This document shows positions 30,632-38,376 of a stretch of DNA of 38,376 bases, piece after piece. Source of the stretch: Cyanobacteria bacterium P01_H01_bin.15 (GTDB taxonomy: Bacteria > Cyanobacteriota > Cyanobacteriia > Cyanobacteriales > JAAUTE01); assembly GCA_038750375.1 (NCBI GenBank), contig JBCDHF010000001.1, forward strand, positions 1 to 38,376. The letters run 5' to 3'. How positions within the stretch are numbered: the first letter of the stretch is position 1; every line of letters starts with the position of its first letter. The notes beneath the pieces were generated by a model. The model was not told where the DNA came from, made no database searches, and saw nothing but the letters and a program-made list of their open reading frames with translations. The translations under genes were made by a program, and so were the position numbers.

Positions 30632-31576
30632 TTAAATCGAATTCGCGCCCGCAACCACTTCCAAAATTTCTTGAGTAATAGCGGCTTGGCGAGCCTTATT
30701 AAAGCTTAACGTCAGATTTTTGGCTAACTCAGCCGCATTATCACTGGCATTGTTCATGGCAGTCATCCGAGCCGCCAATTCACTAGCGGCAGATTCCTGC
30801 AACGCACGGAGAAGTTGGTTGTTGAGATACAGCGGCAGTAGGGCATCCAGTATTTGAGCTGGGTCTTGCTCAAAAATCATATCCCGAGGATATTCCGACA
30901 TCTCCGGTGTGACGGTTGAACGCTCAACATCTAAGCTACCCGCACGACTCGTTAAGCGGAACATCTCATCATCTTGAGTTTCCAAACCTTGCGGAGATAG
31001 CGGTAATAAAGTCTGTACCGCTGCCGAAGAATTAATCAACGAAACAAATCTCGTGAAAATCATCTCCACACGATCAACCGCACCGGACAAAAAGAGCGAT
31101 AGTAACTCATCGCCGATTTTGGTCGCTTCTGGCGCCGTCGGAATTTGCTCTAGCGCTGTAAACGTAGCGGCAATAGGGGCTTCACGACGTTTAAAATATT
31201 GAGCAGCTTTGCGCCCAACTACAATTAGCTGGTAGTCAATGCCATCAGCTTTTAGCTCTTCAATGCGAGTTTCAACTTTCTTGATCGCGTTTGAGTTATA
31301 AGCACCACACAAACCTCGATCTCCCGTAATCACCATCAAGCCGACCGTATTGACCTGACGTTCTTTTAATAGAGGCAAGTCGACATCTTCCATACGAAGC
31401 CGATTCTGGAGGTTATAAAGAACCTTCGCTAAGTTGTCAGCAAAAGGGCGAGTGGAAGTGACCTGTTCTTGAGCGCGCCTCACCTTCGCTGCCGCAACGA
31501 GGCGCATCGCTTCAGTGATTTTGCGGGTATTTTTGACAGATTTAATGCGATCACGAATCGCTTTCAAATTAGGCAT
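30632..31576 (-). CDS. atpG: F0F1 ATP synthase subunit gamma
   Basis: The protein starts [39 protein letters not shown] and ends [17 protein letters not shown]. It is called atpC in cyanobacterial nomenclature. Confidence 0.95.
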   Translation of the reverse strand: MPNLKAIRDRIKSVKNTRKITEAMRLVAAAKVRRAQEQVTSTRPFADNLAKVLYNLQNRLRMEDVDLPLLKERQVNTVGLMVITGDRGLCGAYNSNAIKKVETRIEELKADGIDYQLIVVGRKAAQYFKRREAPIAATFTALEQIPTAPEATKIGDELLSLFLSGAVDRVEMIFTRFVSLINSSAAVQTLLPLSPQGLETQDDEMFRLTSRAGSLDVERSTVTPEMSEYPRDMIFEQDPAQILDALLPLYLNNQLLRALQESAASELAARMTAMNNASDNAAELAKNLTLSFNKARQAAITQEILEVVAGANSI

Positions 31577-31659
31577 TTTTCTTGATCCGGTTAAATTAGC
31601 GCTCGTTGCACCAAGAGCAGAGGATAGAAATAACTATCCCCGACTCTTAGCAAGAAGAC

Positions 31660-33180
<1,521 letters not shown>

Positions 33181-33234
33181 TCACTTGTTTGCAATGAAAG
33201 GTTATGTAATCAAAGAAAAAGAAGCCAAAAAGCG

Positions 33235-33798
33235 CTAAGCGCCAGTCGCCCCCAACGCCATCCCAATGCGGCGCAATTGTCCCTTTAAACTTGCGTCAAA
33301 AACCTGGGAACCCACTTTGATGAGCACACCGCCAATTAGGTCTGCCTCCTCTTGAACATCGAGTTCAACAGCAGTGGCACCAGTCAATGACTTAACTTTG
33401 TCAACAATTCGATCCCGTTGAGAACCGGTCAACTCCGTCGCTGCCTTAACCTCCGCGAGAACAACATTGTTCAACTTTCGCAGTAACGCTAGGTATCGGC
33501 GGGCAATCAAATCTAAAAACAGAATCCGTCGACGATCGACTAACAACATCAAAAAGTTGCGTAAAAATCGCTCAGTCCCATCACCTAGAATGCGCTCTAA
33601 AACAGATTTCTTATCCTCAGGCTTGATCAGCGGATTACCAACGAACGCCGCTAATTCAGGGCTCTCATCCAAAAGAGCTAATAAGCCGCGCAGATCGTCT
33701 CCAATACGTTCAACGACGTTATTTTCTTTTGCGATCGCTAATAAAGCTTCCGCGTAGGGGTCGACAACCTGTCCACTAAGCAACGTACTTCCTTTCAT
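33235..33798 (-). CDS. atpH: F0F1 ATP synthase subunit delta
   Basis: The OSCP/delta pattern (VVDPYAEALLAIAKE..., ...GGVLIKVGSQVFDASLKGQLRRI) is present, and the gene lies between b and alpha. It is called atpD in cyanobacterial nomenclature. Confidence 0.9.
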   Translation of the reverse strand: MKGSTLLSGQVVDPYAEALLAIAKENNVVERIGDDLRGLLALLDESPELAAFVGNPLIKPEDKKSVLERILGDGTERFLRNFLMLLVDRRRILFLDLIARRYLALLRKLNNVVLAEVKAATELTGSQRDRIVDKVKSLTGATAVELDVQEEADLIGGVLIKVGSQVFDASLKGQLRRIGMALGATGA

Positions 33799-33800
33799 AA

Positions 33801-34328
33801 CTAACCTCCTAAGCGCGCGAGACTTTCATCAACAATCCGTTCTTGAGTAGAGCGATCCAACTGCTCCTTGAGACGAGATTCAGCTTGGGTTAGCGCTAAA
33901 GATACAACCTGCTCACGCAATTGGTTGATAACCCGTGCCTTTTCGGTATCCAACTCTTGAATGGCATTAGCTCGCATGCGCTCAATCTCGTCATCTCCCC
34001 GAGTCTTAATACCAGCGCTAGTTCGAGCGGCAGTTTCTTCCGCATTAGCTCTGATACGCTCAGCCTCAGATGCCGCCTCTTTCAACTTCAATTGAGCATC
34101 CTCGAGCGCAACTGTTGCCGCTTTTACACGAGACTCAGCTTCCTTGATCTCATCCTCAATTTTGGTTCGACGTTCATTCAGGACATTGCCCAAAAATTTC
34201 CCGCCATAAACCACCAACAAACCCAACAAAATACCTAGGTTAATGATGTTGGTTTCTAAAATATCAAAGTTAAGTCCAAACCCAGATTCACCGGCCGCCT
34301 CGGTGGCCAACCATAGTATTATCGGCAT
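33801..34328 (-). CDS. atpF: F0F1 ATP synthase subunit b
   Basis: A single N-terminal TM segment is followed by a long charged coiled coil. The ATG at 34328 is preceded by GAGG. The ORF track opens four codons earlier at a TTG at 34340. Confidence 0.85.
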   Translation of the reverse strand: MPIILWLATEAAGESGFGLNFDILETNIINLGILLGLLVVYGGKFLGNVLNERRTKIEDEIKEAESRVKAATVALEDAQLKLKEAASEAERIRANAEETAARTSAGIKTRGDDEIERMRANAIQELDTEKARVINQLREQVVSLALTQAESRLKEQLDRSTQERIVDESLARLGG

Positions 34329-34400
34329 CGCTAACCTCAACCCTCGCGCATCAAAATAACCAGCAACTCAATTCCCCTCGCCAACCAAAAGCTTGCCAAA

Positions 34401-34883
34401 CTAGCGGACATTCGCCAATAATTTGTCCAGAATCTGACCACTCAAACTGTCAACCTCCTTCTGTAAAGAGTCGAACGCAGCTTGCTTTTGCTGAGCAATC
34501 TCATCTGCTGCTTTCTGGCGCTGAGACAACACTTCCTGCTGTACTTTCTGAACTTGACTAGCCACCAATTTTTGCGCTTCAGCTTGAGCTGCGGCAATAA
34601 CATCCTGAGCTTGGCGACGGACATCCTTAAGCTCTTGCTCGTACTGTTCTGCCATCGCAGCAGCTTTGGAGCGTTTCTCTTTGGCCTGAGCCAAGTTCCC
34701 CCGCACATAATCAGTGCGTTCGTCTAAAACTTTACCGACAGGTTTGTAAAACAGGCTATTCAAAACCAATACCAACAATGAGAACTGCACCATCATCAGC
34801 GGCAAGGTCAAGTTGAAATCAAATAGCCCTCCCTCCGGTACGTTTTCTACCGTTTCTGCGGCAAAAAGTAGTAAATGCATCAT
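34401..34883 (-). CDS. F0F1 ATP synthase subunit b'
   Basis: This is the second b-type subunit (GGLFDFNLTLPLMMVQFSLLVLVLNSLFYKPVGKVLDER...), which is typical of cyanobacteria and chloroplasts. The likely start is the ATG at 34883 (MMHLLLFAAE). The ORF track extends to 34976. Confidence 0.85.
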   Translation of the reverse strand: MMHLLLFAAETVENVPEGGLFDFNLTLPLMMVQFSLLVLVLNSLFYKPVGKVLDERTDYVRGNLAQAKEKRSKAAAMAEQYEQELKDVRRQAQDVIAAAQAEAQKLVASQVQKVQQEVLSQRQKAADEIAQQKQAAFDSLQKEVDSLSGQILDKLLANVR

Positions 34884-35030
34884 ATTCTTTAGACCCCTGT
34901 TCCTAACAATGGAAACCGTTCGGGGCTCGTAGCAACTAATCGGGCAATTGATAAATGAAGGGCTGACGAAAACCATACGCTAAATCTAGGACGGCAATGT
35001 CAGCCCTCAGTAGGCATTGAATAACAAGAC

Positions 35031-35291
<261 letters not shown>

Positions 35292-35419
35292 TTATTTAGA
35301 CAACAGTGAACAACAAACGAGATGTATGGTCTTCTCAAAAGGCCCGTACCGAAGAACGGGATTTTAAGCCTGAGGCCAACCCACAACCGTGGAATTGTCT
35401 CAATTCAACTGAGTGCTAA

Positions 35420-36166
35420 TCACTCATGCTCTTCTCCACCATGCTCAAGCGCTTCGCCAATGTAGGAAGCGGCAAGCGTTGCAAAAATTAGTGCCTGAAT
35501 TGAACTGAGAAAGAGCCCCAAAATCATTAAGGGTAGAGGCACAAACAGCGGAACTAAAGACACTAATACGGCAACAACAAGCTCATCGGCAAGTACATTT
35601 CCGAATAGTCGGAAACTCAGCGATAAGGGCTTGGTGAAATCTTCTAAAATCTTGAAGGGAACTAGAACCGGGGTTGGTTCAGCATATCCAGCAAAGTAAC
35701 CCAAACCATTCTTACTCAGACCTGCATAGAAGTAGGCCAAAGAAGTCAAGAGAGCCAAGGCTACAGTGGTATTTATATCATTGGTAGGGGCAGCCAACTC
35801 ACTGGCTGGCAACTCTAGAATTCCCCAAGGGACAAGTGCGCCCGACCAGTTGGAAACAAAAATGAACAGGAAAAGCGTCCCAACACAGGGGACCCAAGTC
35901 CGGTATTCATGTTCTCCAATCTGATCTTTCGCCAGACTTCGAATGAACTCGAGAATATATTCCAGAAAGTTCTGAACCCCCGCCGGAACCCGTTGCAAGT
36001 TACGCGTGCCAGCGACCACTAACAGCAACAAGACTCCGATTACGAACCAGGAGGAAGCCAAAACTTGACCATGCAGCCGAAAGTTGCCAATTTCCCAATA
36101 CCAGTGCTGCCCTACTTCTAGAGAAGCGAATGGCAGGAATGGAGTCATTAATGTTGAAACGTCCAT
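35420..36166 (-). CDS. atpB: F0F1 ATP synthase subunit a
   Basis: The translation contains [20 protein letters not shown] and [16 protein letters not shown] (the essential Arg), and the protein is 248 aa. It is called atpI in cyanobacterial nomenclature. Confidence 0.93.
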   Translation of the reverse strand: MDVSTLMTPFLPFASLEVGQHWYWEIGNFRLHGQVLASSWFVIGVLLLLVVAGTRNLQRVPAGVQNFLEYILEFIRSLAKDQIGEHEYRTWVPCVGTLFLFIFVSNWSGALVPWGILELPASELAAPTNDINTTVALALLTSLAYFYAGLSKNGLGYFAGYAEPTPVLVPFKILEDFTKPLSLSFRLFGNVLADELVVAVLVSLVPLFVPLPLMILGLFLSSIQALIFATLAASYIGEALEHGGEEHE

Positions 36167-36238
36167 TGGGCAATATCCCCAATCAAAAACAGTTTTATTC
36201 GATCCTTATGAAGTGTCCAAAATAGGTTTGGTCAATTC

Positions 36239-36685
36239 TTAGCTGCGGCTTTCGGTCGCGTCAGACAAGACTGATTGGAGAACGTAGAGAATGACGGCAG
36301 CTTTATAGGTCAAAAACCCTAAAAAAATGGGAATGACGTCTAATTGTTGCCAGCGAGTCGCTACGATCATCAGCCCTATAAACAGACCGATACGAGAGTA
36401 GCCGAAGCGGCGTTTCTGAGTGTCAATGCGTTCAACCGCCTTGGCCAGCATTCTTAAGTAAACCACACTGAAGCAGGCTCCCAGTAAATAATTAAGGGCT
36501 GTATTGAGGGAATAAAAGAGCCACACAGAAGCAAAAGCAATACTGCTCAGTAGGGCTGTTCCCAACAGCAAATTATTTCTGAGTCGATAGTATTCCTGCA
36601 TAGAATCGTCGATCGTCTCAAGCTCGGCATTGACCGTCTCAGGACTTTCATCAAGGATCTCTGCAGGGAACTGACCTTCGGTCAC
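36239..36685 (-). CDS. ATP synthase protein I (atp1), first gene of the operon
   Basis: This is a small hydrophobic protein (EYYRLRNNLLLGTALLSSIAFASVWLFYSLNTALNYLLGACFSVVYLRMLAKAVERI) directly upstream of subunit a. The ORF track start is a GTG at 36685. An internal ATG at 36601 (MQEYYRL) would give a more typical ~120-aa product. Confidence 0.7.
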   Translation of the reverse strand: MTEGQFPAEILDESPETVNAELETIDDSMQEYYRLRNNLLLGTALLSSIAFASVWLFYSLNTALNYLLGACFSVVYLRMLAKAVERIDTQKRRFGYSRIGLFIGLMIVATRWQQLDVIPIFLGFLTYKAAVILYVLQSVLSDATESRS

Positions 36686-37170
36686 GTTTAAGAACCACGC
36701 CTAAACAGCTATCAATGGGGTGCTACCTCAAAGGAGAGGTTGCTCTTCTTGTTTCAGTGATAAATCTACTTGACTTTCGAGAGCCAAAACAGGCTCTGTA
36801 ATAGCCGATAGATGCCTGATTCAGAAACAGCTTGAGGCGGAAACTCAAGCCAGGAGTAATGTTATCACTTAATCGTGACAAAAATTAAACAAATGTAAAA
36901 GGGTTGATTTTCGCTTTGGACTCCAGGGGCAAAATTCGTCTTGATCTGACAAACTAGTCCGCCATAGAGGGGTAAGAAAGCTCTGATTACAGTTCAGAAT
37001 TTTGAGCCGAAATTAGACGAAGCTCGCTTGCGATCACAAATTACTTTTCCAGCAATACCAGACGGTCATATCCACTTGAGCTGGGCAAGATCGCCTTTAC
37101 TAATTTGGAGCAAAAATGCTATCAGGAGAGGTATAAATCGAAGCAGTTCCTGCTGTAGAACGGTCCCGAA

Positions 37171-38376
37171 TTGAGTAATATCGATAATCTGCCCCGCTCC
37201 ACATCTCGTAGTGAGTTGCGTCAACTAGTTCGCAGCCAATTGCAACTGTTGCTGGAGAAAGAGAACTACGAAGGCGCAAAGACACTCCTTTCGCCAGTAC
37301 AGGAAGTCGATATTGCGGAAGCGATCGAAGATCTTCCTGAGTCGATGCAAGCGATCGCGTTTAGGTTACTGGGGAAAGCAGAAGCGATTGAAGTTTATGA
37401 ATATTTGGATACGTCGGTTCAGCAATCGCTCATTCAAGTCTTTAAGCGACAAGAAGTGCTGGATGTCGTAGATCAGATGTCTCCAGACGACCGGGCTCGC
37501 TTGTTTGATGAGTTGCCGGCTAAGGTTGTACGACAACTGTTGTCTCAGCTTTCCCCCAATGAACGCCAGACCACGAACCTGCTTTTGGGGTATGAAGAAT
37601 CGACAGCGGGCCGCATCATGACCCCAGAATATATTTCGCTGAAAGAGACACTGACGGTCAGTCAGACGTTAGAGCGGATAAGAAGTCTGGCAAATGTCTC
37701 GGAGGTGGTTTATTACCTTTATGTGACGGATGGCTCACGACATTTAACTGGCATTGTGTCCCTGCGGGATATTGTGATCGCTGATCCGGAGAGGGTTCTG
37801 GGCGAAATTATGACCCGGGATGTCATTTTCGCTAATACGGATACTGATCAAGAAGAGGTGGCGCGATTAATTCAGCGCTATGACCTCCTAGCTCTGCCCA
37901 TTGTCGATCGCGAACAGCGACTAGTAGGAATTGTGACGGTTGATGATGTACTCGACATCATTGAGCAAGAAGTTACCGAAGATATTTATGCGCTGGGGGG
38001 TGTGCAAACCGATGGCGACGATGACTACTTTCAAACAAATTTGGTCACGGTGGCTCGTCGGCGAGTGGTCTGGCTCTTTGTGCTGCTGGTGACCAACACG
38101 GTTACCGGCAGCATTATTCGAGCTCAAGAAGAATTGCTACAACAGGTCGTCGTTCTGGCCGCCTTTATCCCATTGTTAACGGGAACTGGCGGTAATGTCG
38201 GCGCCCAATCTTCGACGGTCGTGATTCGGGGTCTGAACACTCAAGAACTCAATGATTTAGGTCCCGGTCGCATCATCATCCGTGAAGCCATGGCAGGGGT
38301 TTTGCTGGGGAGTATTTTGGGTCTCGTTGCAATGGGATGGGCCTACTTTTTCCTGCAAGTAGAGCTCTGGGTTGCC
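37171..38376 (+). CDS. mgtE: magnesium transporter MgtE (N-terminal ~400 aa; continues beyond the window end)
   Basis: The MgtE N domain is present (VQEVDIAEAIEDLPESMQAIAFRLLGKAEAIEVYEYLD...MSPDDRARLFDELP). It is followed by tandem CBS domains and the TM region (AFIPLLTGTGGNVGAQSSTVVIRG). The frame opens after the TAG at 37156-37158. The first in-frame ATG (37345) is too late, so the start is probably the TTG at 37171. The gene is absent from the ORF track because it lacks a stop codon in the window. Confidence 0.85.
   Translation, partial: MSNIDNLPRSTSRSELRQLVRSQLQLLLEKENYEGAKTLLSPVQEVDIAEAIEDLPESMQAIAFRLLGKAEAIEVYEYLDTSVQQSLIQVFKRQEVLDVVDQMSPDDRARLFDELPAKVVRQLLSQLSPNERQTTNLLLGYEESTAGRIMTPEYISLKETLTVSQTLERIRSLANVSEVVYYLYVTDGSRHLTGIVSLRDIVIADPERVLGEIMTRDVIFANTDTDQEEVARLIQRYDLLALPIVDREQRLVGIVTVDDVLDIIEQEVTEDIYALGGVQTDGDDDYFQTNLVTVARRRVVWLFVLLVTNTVTGSIIRAQEELLQQVVVLAAFIPLLTGTGGNVGAQSSTVVIRGLNTQELNDLGPGRIIIREAMAGVLLGSILGLVAMGWAYFFLQVELWVA

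Noticed and set aside
36686-37170. M-box (ykoK) Mg2+ riboswitch upstream of mgtE.
   Set aside because: I could not find the conserved M-box segments or a three-helix architecture by eye. Only a vague AAAGCTCT similarity is present. A covariance-model scan is needed before any claim.
37100-37285. 61-aa minus-strand ORF.
   Set aside because: It overlaps the conserved N-terminus of mgtE on the opposite strand, and mgtE clearly explains this sequence.

Overview
This is a cyanobacterial chromosomal window. The evidence is phycobilisome, photosystem I and cyanobacterial-type atp1 operon genes, plus at least 16 perfect copies of the HIP1 octamer GCGATCGC. It is dominated by core bioenergetic loci, all on the minus strand: apcE followed by the 5' part of apcA, psaA-psaB, and an eight-gene F-type ATP synthase operon (subunit I, a, c, b', b, delta, alpha, gamma) that ends in a clean intrinsic terminator. 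Between these lie housekeeping genes: aroQ, cinA, thrB, the clpR-clpP pair, a GH57-like hydrolase, a fused double ABC ATPase, a GT2 glycosyltransferase, a YdcF/DUF218 protein and a partial mgtE. There are also several poorly characterised genes. I found no CRISPR array, transposase, integrase, phage gene, tRNA, rRNA or recognisable defence system, and no convincing new multi-gene system. The most unusual content is a tail-to-tail pair of apparently dead signalling enzymes. One is an FHA-PAS-GGDEF-EAL protein with both catalytic motifs degenerate but an RxxD I-site retained. The other is a membrane-spanning Hanks-type pseudokinase. Secondary leads are a translationally coupled pair of cyanobacteria-specific unknown genes next to psaAB, a perfect 17-bp inverted repeat in the psaA upstream region, several orphan stem-loops in divergent spacers, and an mgtE gene with no usable ATG start. 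All product calls rest on motif recognition by eye, and no database search was run.
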